From Flavobacteriales bacterium (GTDB lineage: Bacteria; Bacteroidota; Bacteroidia; Flavobacteriales; UBA7430), in the NCBI GenBank assembly GCA_002692065.1, contig NZJX01000004.1, positions 1 through 56,200 of the forward strand: 56,200 bases of DNA, read 5' to 3'. The position numbers and the translations under genes are program-made. Below the pieces are notes generated by a model. It did no database searches. It saw only the letters and a list, made by a program, of their open reading frames with translations, and was not told the origin of the DNA. Below are positions 31,076 through 43,513 of the stretch, one piece after another (within the stretch, counting starts at the first letter, position 1; each line of letters starts with the position of its first letter).

Positions 31076-34000
31076 ATGAAAAAATATATTTTAATTCTCT
31101 TTTTTTCAAATTTAATATTCTGTAATAATTTATATCCCCAGTGTGGAATTATTGACTCTGAAATTTTAATTCTTAATCAAGAAGATTTTTTATCATACTC
31201 TAATTGCGAATCTATTGATGGTAACGTCGTAATTAACGGAGAAAATATAGATTCGTTAATTTTTTCTAATTTAATATCAATTAATGGTAATTTAAATATT
31301 TTTAATACCAATATTACCTCAATTGCACCATTATCTAGTTTAATGAATGTTAATGAAATTAATATATATAATATTAATCTTTTAGATAACTGCTGTTCAT
31401 CACTTAACTGGCAATCACTAATTGAACTTGGGACTATATCAAATTTAAATATTCACTCCAACTCAACTAATTGTAGTTCAACTATAAGTATAAATATCTC
31501 ATGTTTAGGTCTCTTAGAAGGGTGTACGGATAGTAACTCTTTAAACTTCAATCCATTAGCTACAATTGATGATAATAGTTGTTTAAACGGTCCTGATCTT
31601 CAAGTATCTGCATCAGCTATTATAAATTCTCTGGAAATAAGTACTTTTAATAGTGAAGATAATTGTTTAGTAGCTGAGGGATGTATTTCAGGAATTGGAA
31701 ATAGGAAAATATTAAAATTCACAACAACAATCTCAAATTATGGGAATGAAGATTTTTATATTGGTGAAACTGGGGGAGCTGAAAATTTAAATGAAAATTT
31801 TTACTGGGATGATTGTCATGGTCACGCTCATTATGAGGGTTATGCCAATTATAAGCTATTTTATTACCCATCCTTAGAACAACATCCAACAATTGGACAT
31901 AAAAATGGTTGGTGTGTTATGGACTTAGGTAATGCCGTTACTTCTGAAGCCCCAGATAATGCTAATTATCCTCAATGTGAGTTTGAATACGGATGTTCCA
32001 TCATGGGTATAAGTGCTGGATGTTCCGACACTTATGGATCTGGGTTATCATGTCAATGGGTAGATATTACAGATTTATATGATGGTCAATATATTTTAGG
32101 AGTCTCTACTAATATGGAAACTGAGAATTATACTCCTCAATATGAAACTAATTATTCAAACAATTCAGTATATATATTATTTGAATTTGAAAATAATGAA
32201 ATTATTTCAGTTTCCCATTTTGATGACAATTCTATAACTGAAAATTGTACTATAGATATTGATAATTCTGAATTTGGATTTCATATCTCCAACGAAAATA
32301 ACTTCCTTTATGCTTTTACAAACGAATTTTTCAATGAATCTATTCAAATTAATATTAGTGATAGTATTAATATTAATAATGATGTTTTTGTAATTGACTC
32401 ATTAATAATTAATGATATAACTAATTTACCAGATAGTATTGAATGGAATTGCAGTAACGAAAATTGTACTTTTTATCCTGGTAATTCTTGTCTTGGAATT
32501 TATGGTATTACAACTTATACAGGTGAGTTTTCGCTCATATTTAATTCAACTTTATATTTATCGGATGATAATGACTTATCATCAATAATAAATATTCCAA
32601 ATATATTTCAAAATAATGAACCTGATTTAGAAGAAAATTTAATTAACAACGAAAGCAGTTTAAATGATTTAGATCCAAACTTTACTATATTGATAACTGA
32701 TCCAATATATGGTTGTATAGACTCATTTGCTCTAAATTTTGATAATAATTCAAATTTCGATGATGGTTCTTGTATTTTTCCAAATATTGGATGTACTGAC
32801 TCATTTGCTCTAAATTTTGATAGTTTTGCAAATATCGAAGATGGTTCTTGCGAATACTGTACAGAGGGGATAGAATGGATTGTTAAAATGAATTTATTTG
32901 ACTCATATGGTGACGGATGGAATGGGAATAACTACTACATCATTGATGATCAAAATGATACCATAATCGAAGGAACTCTAGATGATGGTTACGAAGGTGA
33001 AAACTTATTTTGCCTATCTCCGGGGTGTTATTCTATAAGTGTCCCAAATGAAAATCCTTGGCCATATGAAATTTCATGGGAGTTGTCAGCTCAAGGATTC
33101 TCTGAAGTAAACTTAAATGGTGATTGTCCTGATTTAGTTCCATTTAACTTTTTAAGTGATTGTGATTTCAGTATAGGTTGTACAGATTCTTCTGCATTAA
33201 ATTATGATAGTACTGCAGTATTTAATAATGAAGAATGTATATACCCTCTTTTTGGTTGCATTGATTCATCAGCATTAAATTATAATACTAATGCAAATTA
33301 TAGTGATTCTAGTTGTGTATATCCTAATCTATGTAATAATAATGAGAATTCTTTAGTTTTATTTTTATTTGATTCATATGGTGATGGTTGGAATGGAAAT
33401 AACCTCACATTATACAATTCTAGTTATGATTCAATAATTTTTGAAACAACATTAGACTCTGGATATGAGGGAATTGAGACCTTATGTTTAGATAATGAAT
33501 GTTATTTGATATCTGTGACTGGAGGAAATTGGCAAAGCGAAATTACATGGGAAATTAAAAGTACAACTGATGAATTAATTTTAAATGGCAATTCTCCATT
33601 AACCAGCTTTTTTGGTCTAAACTCAACATGTGACTCAATATTTGGATGTTCAAATCCATCTGCAATAAACTATAATCCAAGTGCAGGTTCAGATGACTTT
33701 TCTTGTATTTTTGAATCTTCAGCATGCGAGGACAATTATAATTTAATTAATTTAGAACTTCAAACAGATCCGTATCCAAATGAAACATCTTGGTCAATAA
33801 CAAATGATGAAAATGATACTCTGATTTTTATTGATTATTATGAAAATCAAAATGCTCTGTATTCTGATTCATTCTGCGTTCCACAAAATATATCTCTGAA
33901 CTTTAATCTATATGACTCATATGGTGATGGTCTCACAAGTGGTGCGGGAAATGGAGAATTTAAATTCTTTGTCTGTGGTTTACAAGTATTTTCAGGGTCA

Positions 34001-35101
34001 AGTTTTGAATATCAATTTTCAGGAAATTTTCATGACTGTGAAGGAACATCTATTAGTATCTATGGATGTACAGACAGTATAGCCTTAAATTATAATTTGA
34101 ATGCTAATTATAATAATGGTTCTTGTGAATATGGTGAAATTTTTGGCTGTACAGACGAATTTGCAATTAATTTTAATCCAATGGCTAATATAGATGATGA
34201 TCAATGTGAATATATTTATTGCGATTCAAATAATCACATAATTGAATTAAATATACAAAATACAAATTATGAGAATAATCCTAATATTGAGTATTCAATT
34301 TTATCATTAAATAATCAATCATTATCTTATGATAGTTTATCCAACATAATAAATTTCACTCATTATTATTGCTTAGAGGCTGGATGCTATATATTTTATC
34401 CGAATAATGTCTCAGAAAATCAGTCATACAGCTGGTCTATAAGCTCTGGAAATAAAAAAATAATTTCAGGAGATAATGAAAATAAGACAAGTTTTGAAAT
34501 AAGCTCCATTTGTAACTTAAATTTTGGATGTAATGATGAAAATGCCTTAAATTTTGATTACAGTTCAAATTATAACGATAGTACTTGTATTTATAATGAT
34601 TCCTTAGTAATAAATTTAACAGACGGGTGGAATATGGTTTCTTCATATATTCAATCAGAAAATATGAATATAATTAATCTCACAAATAATATTTTAAATG
34701 AAATTATAATAATAAAAAATAATATAGGTTTAGTCTTCATTCCAGAGTGGAATTTTAATTCAATTGGTAATTGGTCAAATTATGAGGGTTATCAAATAAA
34801 AGTTTCAAATAATTGTGATATAACTTTCTATGGTCAAGCTCTTGTTCCTGAGGAAAATCCTATAATGTTAAATCAAGGTTGGAATTTAATTAGTTATTTT
34901 AGGCAAAATGAGGCTTCGGTAGAAGGTATTTTCTCATTAATAAATAATAATATAATAATAGTTAAAAACTCAATAGGACTTGCTTACTTGCCAGATTGGG
35001 GTTATAATGGAATAGGAAATTTTGAACCAGGTCAAGGGTATCAAATAAAAATGATTATCAATGATGAATTAAATTATTTACCAAATAACTTAAATTATTA
35101 A
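31076..35101 (+). CDS. Large secreted protein: receptor-L-like domain, lysyl-oxidase domain, Cys-paired repeats, DSYGDG modules, C-terminal tandem GWN-YQIK module
   Basis: Signal peptide; LOX motifs [63 protein letters not shown]; 9 GCxD..C repeats; no YPNP-type CTD. Confidence 0.9.
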   Translation: MKKYILILFFSNLIFCNNLYPQCGIIDSEILILNQEDFLSYSNCESIDGNVVINGENIDSLIFSNLISINGNLNIFNTNITSIAPLSSLMNVNEINIYNINLLDNCCSSLNWQSLIELGTISNLNIHSNSTNCSSTISINISCLGLLEGCTDSNSLNFNPLATIDDNSCLNGPDLQVSASAIINSLEISTFNSEDNCLVAEGCISGIGNRKILKFTTTISNYGNEDFYIGETGGAENLNENFYWDDCHGHAHYEGYANYKLFYYPSLEQHPTIGHKNGWCVMDLGNAVTSEAPDNANYPQCEFEYGCSIMGISAGCSDTYGSGLSCQWVDITDLYDGQYILGVSTNMETENYTPQYETNYSNNSVYILFEFENNEIISVSHFDDNSITENCTIDIDNSEFGFHISNENNFLYAFTNEFFNESIQINISDSININNDVFVIDSLIINDITNLPDSIEWNCSNENCTFYPGNSCLGIYGITTYTGEFSLIFNSTLYLSDDNDLSSIINIPNIFQNNEPDLEENLINNESSLNDLDPNFTILITDPIYGCIDSFALNFDNNSNFDDGSCIFPNIGCTDSFALNFDSFANIEDGSCEYCTEGIEWIVKMNLFDSYGDGWNGNNYYIIDDQNDTIIEGTLDDGYEGENLFCLSPGCYSISVPNENPWPYEISWELSAQGFSEVNLNGDCPDLVPFNFLSDCDFSIGCTDSSALNYDSTAVFNNEECIYPLFGCIDSSALNYNTNANYSDSSCVYPNLCNNNENSLVLFLFDSYGDGWNGNNLTLYNSSYDSIIFETTLDSGYEGIETLCLDNECYLISVTGGNWQSEITWEIKSTTDELILNGNSPLTSFFGLNSTCDSIFGCSNPSAINYNPSAGSDDFSCIFESSACEDNYNLINLELQTDPYPNETSWSITNDENDTLIFIDYYENQNALYSDSFCVPQNISLNFNLYDSYGDGLTSGAGNGEFKFFVCGLQVFSGSSFEYQFSGNFHDCEGTSISIYGCTDSIALNYNLNANYNNGSCEYGEIFGCTDEFAINFNPMANIDDDQCEYIYCDSNNHIIELNIQNTNYENNPNIEYSILSLNNQSLSYDSLSNIINFTHYYCLEAGCYIFYPNNVSENQSYSWSISSGNKKIISGDNENKTSFEISSICNLNFGCNDENALNFDYSSNYNDSTCIYNDSLVINLTDGWNMVSSYIQSENMNIINLTNNILNEIIIIKNNIGLVFIPEWNFNSIGNWSNYEGYQIKVSNNCDITFYGQALVPEENPIMLNQGWNLISYFRQNEASVEGIFSLINNNIIIVKNSIGLAYLPDWGYNGIGNFEPGQGYQIKMIINDELNYLPNNLNY

Positions 35102-35832
35102 TATTTTAAATTTCCTCTATTTTTTCTGATTGTTTCGTATGCTTCTTTAACTTTGATGAATTTTTCTTCTCCCATCTTTTTTTGAATCTCATTTAAATCA
35201 TTTAACTTATCAGGATGATATTTCATAACCATCTTTCTGTAAGCTTTTTTAATTTCTGAATTACTTGCTGATGAGGAAATTTCCAATATCTTATATGCTT
35301 GATCAGGATCTTTATAAAACATAGCTTTTATTGAATTTAGATCTTTTGTACTAATATTCATATAAAATCCAATTTTTTCTATAACATTAATTTCAGATTT
35401 ATCAATATGTTGATCAGCGAGAGAGATCCCATATAAAAAGTGAATTAGTTGTAGTCTTTGAGCATGTGATATATTTTTTCCAATTTGGATACAAATTTGT
35501 CTCAATGAAATTGAATTGTTATTAATTATATGTTTAAATAGTTTAAAATATTCCTTGGATCTTGAACTCCCAAACATTGTTGAAAATTTATCTCTCACAT
35601 AAATTAATTCTCGATTATCAATTTTGCCATCAGCCTTTATTACATAAGCAGACAATATCAACAAACTAATTTCAAATTGAGCTGCAGATTTACTGACGTT
35701 TTTAAAATGATTTTTAAATTTTTCTTTTTCATCAGCTTTTTCAAATAAAGATCCTAAAGCATAACCTAACATAGCTCCCATTGGACCGGCAAAAACCCAA
35801 CCTAATCCACCAGTTATCCATTTTAATTTCAT
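35098..35832 (-). CDS. DjlA-like co-chaperone (TerB-like domain plus C-terminal J domain)
   Basis: N-terminal GGLGW..GP.GA.LG membrane segment, KADG.ID..E, AY.IL..IKKAYRK..KYHPDK. Confidence 0.9.
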   Translation of the reverse strand: MKLKWITGGLGWVFAGPMGAMLGYALGSLFEKADEKEKFKNHFKNVSKSAAQFEISLLILSAYVIKADGKIDNRELIYVRDKFSTMFGSSRSKEYFKLFKHIINNNSISLRQICIQIGKNISHAQRLQLIHFLYGISLADQHIDKSEINVIEKIGFYMNISTKDLNSIKAMFYKDPDQAYKILEISSSASNSEIKKAYRKMVMKYHPDKLNDLNEIQKKMGEEKFIKVKEAYETIRKNRGNLKY

Positions 35833-35876
35833 AATTTTTTTTTAATAAATTTAGGATAATAATTTAAATTTATATA

Positions 35877-36758
35877 ATGTTTAAAAAATTAAATAATAAA
35901 ATATTTCGCGATCTATTTTGGGTAATAAAGTCAGATCAATTAATTGATATTAAAGAGGCTTTAAAAAAAAAATATCTAAATGAATGTTACGAAAATTTCT
36001 ATTCGTCGTTTAAAAATATTGATTTGTGTGGTGACAATATACTTGTTGATCTAAAAAATAAAACTTTGGGTAAATATTTTGAGATGTTAGTTTTTTTTTG
36101 GTTAAATAAATCAGATAGATTTATTTTAATTGAACATAATTTACCTGTTTTAAATACTCAAAAAAAAACAATTGGTGAAATTGATCTTATTGTTTTTGAT
36201 AAAAAATTGTCAAAATTTTATCACTGGGAAGTATGTGTAAAATATTATTTAGCTTATCAATTTAAAGATAAATTATCATATATAGGACCCAATTCAAATG
36301 ATTTTTTAAATCAAAAACTTGATAAATTAAAAAAAAAACAACTAACTATATTAAATTCTAAAGAAGGTCAAATAATACTAGACAGTTTAAATATTAAAAA
36401 TATTGAATCTAAAGTATTAATGAAAGGAATGATTTTTTATAATCATAATATGATCAAAAATTTTAATTTAGATTTAAATGAAAATCATAGTAAATCTTGG
36501 TGGATTTATGAAAATGAAATTAATGATTTTTTGAATCACAAGGATGAATTTTGTATTTTAGATAAACTTGAATGGATGTCAGATCCTTTTCCAAAATTTT
36601 TATTAAGTTATAATAAATTGACTTCTAAACTGAAAAAACTATTTTCAAAATCAGATAAAAGCATATGTCTTGCAATTTTTAAAAATAAAAAATATTTCAA
36701 TAAGGGTTTTGTTGTAAGCAAAGCTTGGCCAAAAAAAATTAATATTATTTCAAATTAA
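35877..36758 (+). CDS. DUF1853 family protein (PD-(D/E)XK-like)
   Basis: [37 protein letters not shown]. Confidence 0.8.
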   Translation: MFKKLNNKIFRDLFWVIKSDQLIDIKEALKKKYLNECYENFYSSFKNIDLCGDNILVDLKNKTLGKYFEMLVFFWLNKSDRFILIEHNLPVLNTQKKTIGEIDLIVFDKKLSKFYHWEVCVKYYLAYQFKDKLSYIGPNSNDFLNQKLDKLKKKQLTILNSKEGQIILDSLNIKNIESKVLMKGMIFYNHNMIKNFNLDLNENHSKSWWIYENEINDFLNHKDEFCILDKLEWMSDPFPKFLLSYNKLTSKLKKLFSKSDKSICLAIFKNKKYFNKGFVVSKAWPKKINIISN

Positions 36759-38289
36759 ATTTAATACCTTGTGCAAGAGGTAAATCTTTAGAGAAATTTA
36801 TTGTATTTGTTTGTCTTCTCATATATGCTTTCCATGCATCGGAACCAGATTCTCTTCCTCCACCAGTTTCTTTTTCTCCTCCAAATGCACCTCCAATTTC
36901 TGCCCCAGAAGTCCCAATATTTACATTTGCTATTCCACAATCTGAACCAAAATGTGATAAAAATAGTTCTGACTCCCTTAAATTATTCGTCATAATCGCA
37001 GATGACAAACCTTGAGGAACAGAATTTTGCATTGATATAGCTTGTTCAATTTTTGAATATTTTAATAAATATAGTATTGGAGCAAATGTTTCTTTTTGAA
37101 CAATTTTAAAAGAATTTTCTGCTTCAGCTAAAACTGGCTGAACATAACAACCAGAGTCAAATGATTCTCCTTTTAAAATGTTACCCCCAAAAATAATATT
37201 TCCTCCTTCATTTTCAACTTGTTTTAATGCTAATTTAAAATTATTAACAGCTGATTTATCAATCAAAGGCCCGACATGATTTTTCTCATTTAACGGATTT
37301 CCAATTTTAATCTGCTTATATGCATCAATAAGTTTATTTTTCACAATTTCATATATTGACTCATGAATTATTAACCTTCTAGTTGACGTACATCTTTGAC
37401 CTGCTGTCCCAACTGCTCCAAAAACAGCACCAATAATAGTCATATCTAAATCAGCATGAGGAGTTACAATTATAGCATTATTTCCACCCAATTCTAATAT
37501 TGACTTTCCAAATCTTTGAGCAACTTTTGCCCCTACAATACTTCCCATTTTGGTTGATCCAGTAGCTGAAATTAATTTTACTCTATTATCATTTGTCAAC
37601 CATTCTCCAATATTATAATCACCACTTATTAATGTTGAAATTCCCTCTGGTAAGTTATTTTCTCTTATTACTTCACTCATTATATTTTGACAAGCAATCG
37701 AACAAAGTGGAGTTTTTTCTGAGGGCTTCCAAATACATACGTTACCACAAATCCAAGCAAGAGCTGAATTCCATGCCCAAACAGCAACTGGAAAATTAAA
37801 TGCCGAGATAATTCCAACTAATCCAAGTGGATGATATTGTTCATACATTCTATGGTTCGATCTTTCTGAATGCATGGTAAATCCGTGTAATTGTCTTGAC
37901 AATCCGACAGCAAAATCACAGATATCTATCATTTCTTGAACTTCCCCCAAGCCTTCTTGATATGACTTTCCCATTTCATAAGAGACTAGGCTTCCTAGAG
38001 ATTTTTTCTTTTCTCTTAATTTATTTCCAAATTTTCTTACAATATCACCTCTTTTTGGAGCTGGAATTGACTTCCAAATTTCGAATGCATTAATACATGT
38101 ATTAATTACCCTCTCATAATCTTCTTTAGTTGTAACTTTAACTTTAGCAATTAATTCACCATTAACAGGTGAAAAAGAATTCAAAATATTTTCACTATTA
38201 TCATACCAGTTTATACCACTAGATGTCCCAGAATTCAATTCATTTATTCTTAAATCACTTAATATATTCTTTAATCCATAATTTTTCAT
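36745..38289 (-). CDS. Aldehyde dehydrogenase family 7 (piperideine-6-carboxylate / aminoadipate-semialdehyde dehydrogenase-like)
   Basis: [58 protein letters not shown]. Confidence 0.92.
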   Translation of the reverse strand: MKNYGLKNILSDLRINELNSGTSSGINWYDNSENILNSFSPVNGELIAKVKVTTKEDYERVINTCINAFEIWKSIPAPKRGDIVRKFGNKLREKKKSLGSLVSYEMGKSYQEGLGEVQEMIDICDFAVGLSRQLHGFTMHSERSNHRMYEQYHPLGLVGIISAFNFPVAVWAWNSALAWICGNVCIWKPSEKTPLCSIACQNIMSEVIRENNLPEGISTLISGDYNIGEWLTNDNRVKLISATGSTKMGSIVGAKVAQRFGKSILELGGNNAIIVTPHADLDMTIIGAVFGAVGTAGQRCTSTRRLIIHESIYEIVKNKLIDAYKQIKIGNPLNEKNHVGPLIDKSAVNNFKLALKQVENEGGNIIFGGNILKGESFDSGCYVQPVLAEAENSFKIVQKETFAPILYLLKYSKIEQAISMQNSVPQGLSSAIMTNNLRESELFLSHFGSDCGIANVNIGTSGAEIGGAFGGEKETGGGRESGSDAWKAYMRRQTNTINFSKDLPLAQGIKFNLK

Positions 38290-38305
38290 AACATTTAAAA
38301 TTTAT

Positions 38306-39635
38306 TTAATTAAATAGTCTAATAATATCATTACCGTTTGCTATAACTAATAAAAACATCAAAATTAAAAATCCAAAAACTTGAGCTCTTTCCAATAATT
38401 TATCAGAGGGTTTTTTACCAGTAATAATTTCACCTAATAAAAACATTACATGACCACCATCAAGAGCAGGAATAGGTAGAATGTTCATAAAGGCTAGAAT
38501 GATTGATAAAAATGCAGTAAAATTCCAAAAATGATACCAATCCCATTCTGACTTAAATTGTTTTCCCATTGTGATAAAACCACCCAAGCCTTTCCAAGCA
38601 CCAGTATTGGGATTTAAAATTAATTTGAATTGTTTCATGTAGGAATTTAATCTATTACTAGCCATTTTTGCTCCAGCAGGAAAAGAACCAAGAAAGGTGT
38701 ATGTTTTTTTACTATATTTTAGTAACTCTGATGGCGAGGTATAATAAATCCCCATTTTTGAGTTACTATTTAATTGAAAATTAAAATTCAAAGTATCTTT
38801 TTCTCTGAGAACCATTAAACTTATCTCATCACTTCTCAAATCCTTTAATTCATTTAAATATTCGGTGAAGTAATATAAGTTTTTTCCATTTAAACCAATT
38901 AATTGGTCTCCAACCCTTACTCCTGCATCAAAAGCTGGAGAATCTTCATCAAACTTTGAAGCAATATATGGCCATGCAGGACTTATAAAACCAGACTCAT
39001 CTTTATTATTTATCAACTTTTCAATAATATTATCAGGAATAACTATAAATTTTTCTTTATCATTTCTCTCAACTTTTACTTGAATTTCCCCTGACAAGAG
39101 AATTGCTTCAGGTAAGTCTGAAAAATTATCATAATATTTTCCATCTACTGATATTATCTTATCACCATTTTTAAACCCTAAATCTTTTGCAAATTGCGAG
39201 CATTCAATTCCGTATTTCATATTCTTAACTTCAAGATATTGTTGTCCCCAATAAAATAAAATCATAGAATATATAATAATTGCAACAATAACATTAACAG
39301 TCACTCCACCTATCATAATTATTAATCTTTGCCAGGCAGGTTTAGATCTGAATTCCCAAGGTTGAATAGGTTTTTCTAATTGCTTTTTATCCATTGACTC
39401 ATCTATCATACCAGCTATTTTGACATATCCGCCTAATGGAATCCAACCAATTCCATATTCAGTTGATCCAATTTTTTTTTTTAAATATTGAAAAATAAGG
39501 GTCAAAAAATAAATAAAACTTTTCGACTTTAGTTTTAAATAGTTTAGCTGGGATAAAGTGACCAAGTTCATGTAAAACTATTAAAATAGAAAGGCTAAGA
39601 AAAAATTGAGATGTTTTAATTAAGATTTCAATCAT
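38306..39635 (-). CDS. rseP: RIP metalloprotease RseP with an apparent +1 frameshift in an A11 run (39472-39482)
   Basis: ATG 39635 overlaps the dxr stop (ATGA) and reads MIEILIKTSQFFLSLSILIVLHELGHFIPAKLFKTKVEKFYLFFDPYFSIFKKK. Removing one A joins it to IGSTEYGIGWIPLGGYVK..NILPIPALDGGH. Confidence 0.9.
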
Positions 39636-40786
39636 TTTATTTGATTTTTTGCAATTAATCTAGCATTTTTATCAGATTCTATATAATCTTCTAAGCTAGG
39701 ATGGTTAATAAATTTGGCTTTCTCTATAGTATTATTAATTATTTCAGACATTTGATGAAACTTTAATTTATCATGTAAAAATGCATTTACTACAACTTCA
39801 TTTGCCGCATTTAGAGTACATGGAACATTACCTCCACGTTTAATAGCATCAAATGCAAGTTTTAAGTGTTTAAATGTTTTTATATCTGGGCTTTCAAAAG
39901 TTAGATTATTAAATTCCTTAAAATTAAACCTTTTAAAATTATTACTCAAACGTTTTGGATATGTTAATGCGAACTGAATAGGTAATTTCATATCTGGTAA
40001 ACCTAATTGTGCAATAATAGATCCATCTCTAAATTGTACCATAGAATGAATTACTGATTGAGGGTGAATTATTACCTCAATTTGATCTGTATTTACTGAA
40101 AATAGCCATTTTGCCTCAATTACTTCTAATCCCTTGTTCATCAAGGTTGAAGAATCAATAGTAACTTTATTCCCCATAGACCAATTTGGATGATTTAGTG
40201 CTTGTTCTTTTGTAACATATTGCAATTGTGAATAATTCATACCTCTAAATGGCCCTCCTGATGCAGTTAGATATATTTTCTCAATTTCATTTCTCATTTC
40301 TCCTTGTAAACATTGAAAAATTGCAGAATGTTCTGAGTCAACAGGAATTATTTTTACATTATTTTTTTTAGCTTTTTCTGTAATTAACTTACCTGCAACA
40401 ACCAAAGTTTCTTTATTTGCAATTGCAACATTTTTCCCAGAATCAATAGCTGAAATTGTCGGTAAGAGTCCTGAATAACCAACTAGAGCAACTAAAATCA
40501 AATCTGAATTAGAATTTTGTACAACATCATTTAACATTGTACTTCCAGAATAAACTTTTATATTATAACTCTCTAATTCTGATTTGACAAAAATATATTT
40601 TGAGTCATCTACTATAACTACTTTTTTTGGAGAAAATAATATAGATTGGGTTACAAGAAGTTTTGCATTTTTATTTGCAGTTAAAAATTCTATTTCAAAA
40701 TAATCATCTAATTCTGAAATTACTGAGAGAGCTTGAGTCCCAATTGACCCAGTTGAACCTAAAATTCCAATTTTTTTTTTTTTCAT
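39632..40786 (-). CDS. dxr: 1-deoxy-D-xylulose-5-phosphate reductoisomerase
   Basis: LGSTGSIG, ANKETLV, PVDSEHSAIFQ, TASGGPFR, HPNWSMG.K, NKGLE, NAANE. Confidence 0.97.
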   Translation of the reverse strand: MKKKKIGILGSTGSIGTQALSVISELDDYFEIEFLTANKNAKLLVTQSILFSPKKVVIVDDSKYIFVKSELESYNIKVYSGSTMLNDVVQNSNSDLILVALVGYSGLLPTISAIDSGKNVAIANKETLVVAGKLITEKAKKNNVKIIPVDSEHSAIFQCLQGEMRNEIEKIYLTASGGPFRGMNYSQLQYVTKEQALNHPNWSMGNKVTIDSSTLMNKGLEVIEAKWLFSVNTDQIEVIIHPQSVIHSMVQFRDGSIIAQLGLPDMKLPIQFALTYPKRLSNNFKRFNFKEFNNLTFESPDIKTFKHLKLAFDAIKRGGNVPCTLNAANEVVVNAFLHDKLKFHQMSEIINNTIEKAKFINHPSLEDYIESDKNARLIAKNQIK

Positions 40787-40837
40787 ATTTATTTATTTGG
40801 TGTTTGAGAATAAATAATGATTTTCAAAAAAATAAAA

Positions 40838-43021
40838 TTATTTTACTATATCCATTTCTTTTACCAAATGACCTGCATTAGCATACTTATCAATAATGAA
40901 TAATACATATCTTATATCACAAGATATTGTCCTTTGAATTTCAGACTCAAAAGCAATATCTCCACTCATCGCTTCCCAGTTACCATCAAAAGCTGTTCCA
41001 ATTAGATGTCCTTCGGAATTTAAGACTGGAGATCCTGAATTTCCTCCTGTTATATCAGTATTGTGAATAAAATTAACGATTAAATTACCTGAACTATCAG
41101 CATATTCTCCGTAATCTTTTTCATTATATAAATTTATTAACTTCTCAGGTAAATCAAATTCAAAATCATTTGGTAAATATTTCTCAATGACACCATCAAG
41201 GGTAGTTTTAAAATCATAATGGACACCATCAGAAGGGATATAGTCTCCAATCTTTCCATAAGTTGTTCTCATTGAAAAGTTTGCATCTGGATAATATTTA
41301 ATTTCAGGGTTCATTTCCTTTAAACCCTTAATAAACAGTCTATTTGCTTTAGATAAATTTAAATTAGCGTCTTTAGATAACCCCCCTTGGCTAAAATACG
41401 AGGATATAACCGATGAGGAAACAATATTCGCTAAATCTCTATCTAAAGATTTTTTATTTGGAGAATTCAAAAATTTAATAAATTTATCTTGATTGGTAAA
41501 TATTGAATTTTCATACAATTTACTTGAAAATTTTTTCCAATTATTTTTGTATTTTTTATCAACTATTTCAAAAAAATCTGGATAAAATTCAGGTGAAACT
41601 TCATTGAAATACTTTTGAAATAGTTTGTAAAACTGTTCTTTATCTAGATTATAATCAAAGTTTTTAAAGTGTTCTAAAGACATTTTTTTTAAATTATCAA
41701 GTAATTTTTCTTTTTCATTTTCTTCTTGTGAATTTATCATAGAGTTAATTATTCTTGAAGCTCTGTAGACAAATAAAACTATATCTGTTCCTCTAATACC
41801 AACTTCAGATAAAAAGTTAGAACTTTTTTCCAAACTATCAATTGAATTATACGAACTTTCAAACAAGTTTAAAACTTGACCATATTCTTCTATATTTTCT
41901 TTACTTAAATTTGAAAACTTATCAAAGTCATCCTCAATTTCTTTCTTTTTATCATAAATACCTAATTTTTTTAAACCCTTAGATTGACCAATATAATATT
42001 TCCAGTAGTTTGCTGTTCTTGCATATTTAGATGAATATTTTATCCTAATCTCCTCATCACTATCCATATACTTTTTCATGATTCCCAATTTAAGATCTCT
42101 TATGTCAACAATAGTAGGCGCGGTAATGTTTAATAACTGATTTACTCCATATGAAGTCAAAAATCTATCAGTTGAACCCGGGTACCCCCATACCATAGTG
42201 AAATCTCCATTTTCAACTCCTTTTATTGAAACTGGTAAATGGTGATAAAAAGCATTATTTTTTTGACGTAATTCTTTTGTTAAAGGAACATTATCTTCTG
42301 AATATTTTGAAGGTTGTCCATCTTTAGAGGCATAAACTCTGAACATTGAAAAGTCACCAGTGTGTCTAGGCCACATCCAATTATCTGTATCTCCTCCATA
42401 CTTTCCAATAGATGAAGGGGGAGCACCAACAAGTCTAACATCAGAAAACCTTTCATATATAAACATATAATATTCATTACCTGCAAAAAAAGATTTTACT
42501 TGAACTATAAAATTATTATCATTTGAATTTTCATTTTTTAGAACTTTTATTTCTTTATCAATTACATTTAACCTTTCCTCTTCACTCATATCAGAATTTA
42601 CATTTTTTAAAACTCTTTGTGTCACATCCTCCATTTTTATCAAAAAATCTACATATAGAGACGGATTAGGTAATTCGTCTTTTTTATCCATAGCCCAAAA
42701 ACCATCAGTCAAATAATCGTTTTCGATAGAGGAATGGTCTTGTATAGCATCGTAACCGCAATGATGATTAGTTAAAAGTAAGCCTTGAGAAGAGATTAAT
42801 TCTCCTGTACAAAATCCACCAAAGCTGACAATTGCATCCTTCAAACTTGAATTATTTATACTATATAATTCTTCAGGAGTTAATTGAAGTCCCGCCTCTT
42901 GCATATCAACTTCATTAAGTCTTTTAATAAACATTGGTAGCCACATACCCTCATCTGCGAGAATGTTATTTGGCATTATAAAAACAAATGATAAAGCAAA
43001 GTATAAATAGAAATTTTTCAT
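40838..43021 (-). CDS. S46 family dipeptidyl peptidase, DPP7-type
   Basis: Signal peptide then DEGMW, TNHHCG, DNWMWPRHTGDF, ITGGNSGSPV; FDGNWE has Gly at the S1 position (DPP7-like; DPP11 has Arg). Confidence 0.93.
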   Translation of the reverse strand: MKNFYLYFALSFVFIMPNNILADEGMWLPMFIKRLNEVDMQEAGLQLTPEELYSINNSSLKDAIVSFGGFCTGELISSQGLLLTNHHCGYDAIQDHSSIENDYLTDGFWAMDKKDELPNPSLYVDFLIKMEDVTQRVLKNVNSDMSEEERLNVIDKEIKVLKNENSNDNNFIVQVKSFFAGNEYYMFIYERFSDVRLVGAPPSSIGKYGGDTDNWMWPRHTGDFSMFRVYASKDGQPSKYSEDNVPLTKELRQKNNAFYHHLPVSIKGVENGDFTMVWGYPGSTDRFLTSYGVNQLLNITAPTIVDIRDLKLGIMKKYMDSDEEIRIKYSSKYARTANYWKYYIGQSKGLKKLGIYDKKKEIEDDFDKFSNLSKENIEEYGQVLNLFESSYNSIDSLEKSSNFLSEVGIRGTDIVLFVYRASRIINSMINSQEENEKEKLLDNLKKMSLEHFKNFDYNLDKEQFYKLFQKYFNEVSPEFYPDFFEIVDKKYKNNWKKFSSKLYENSIFTNQDKFIKFLNSPNKKSLDRDLANIVSSSVISSYFSQGGLSKDANLNLSKANRLFIKGLKEMNPEIKYYPDANFSMRTTYGKIGDYIPSDGVHYDFKTTLDGVIEKYLPNDFEFDLPEKLINLYNEKDYGEYADSSGNLIVNFIHNTDITGGNSGSPVLNSEGHLIGTAFDGNWEAMSGDIAFESEIQRTISCDIRYVLFIIDKYANAGHLVKEMDIVK

Positions 43022-43096
43022 AACTAGTAAATTTTAATAAATGCAAAGAAAAGAAATAAATTTGACTTTATTTTCATAAGATTCATCAAAAAAAAT

Positions 43097-43513
43097 CTAA
43101 TCAAAGTTATATGGATCATTATCAATTTTAAATTCATTTTTTTTAAAAATTTCAATTTCCCTTCTATCTTTTTTAGTAGGCCTCCCCATTCCTGGATTCC
43201 TATTTTCAAAATTTGAATTTAAATATTTAATTGTCTTCAATTTTTTAATTTCAGATAAGGGAGTTAAATCCTTGTAACATAGTCTTGCAATTGAGTATGA
43301 AGACCGAATTTCTAATAATTTTAGCACTTTGAAGCTATATGTTATATTTGATTTTTTGATTTGTATTTCGTCACCTATATTGACAAAACTTGATGGCTTA
43401 CATTTTCTACGACTAATATTTACCTTACCTAGCCTACAAAAGTTTGATGCAATATTTCTTGACTTAAAGATTCTAACACTCCACAACCATTTATCAATCC
43501 TAATCTTATTCAT
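43097..43513 (-). CDS. S4-domain RNA-binding protein (Hsp15/HslR-like)
   Basis: RIDKWLWSVR.FKSR..A, KPS, GRPTKKDRR. Confidence 0.9.
   Translation of the reverse strand: MNKIRIDKWLWSVRIFKSRNIASNFCRLGKVNISRRKCKPSSFVNIGDEIQIKKSNITYSFKVLKLLEIRSSYSIARLCYKDLTPLSEIKKLKTIKYLNSNFENRNPGMGRPTKKDRREIEIFKKNEFKIDNDPYNFD

Noticed and set aside
43024-43209. 61-aa minus-strand ORF overlapping the Hsp15-like gene
   Set aside because: Alternative frame of an already complete gene; no motif.
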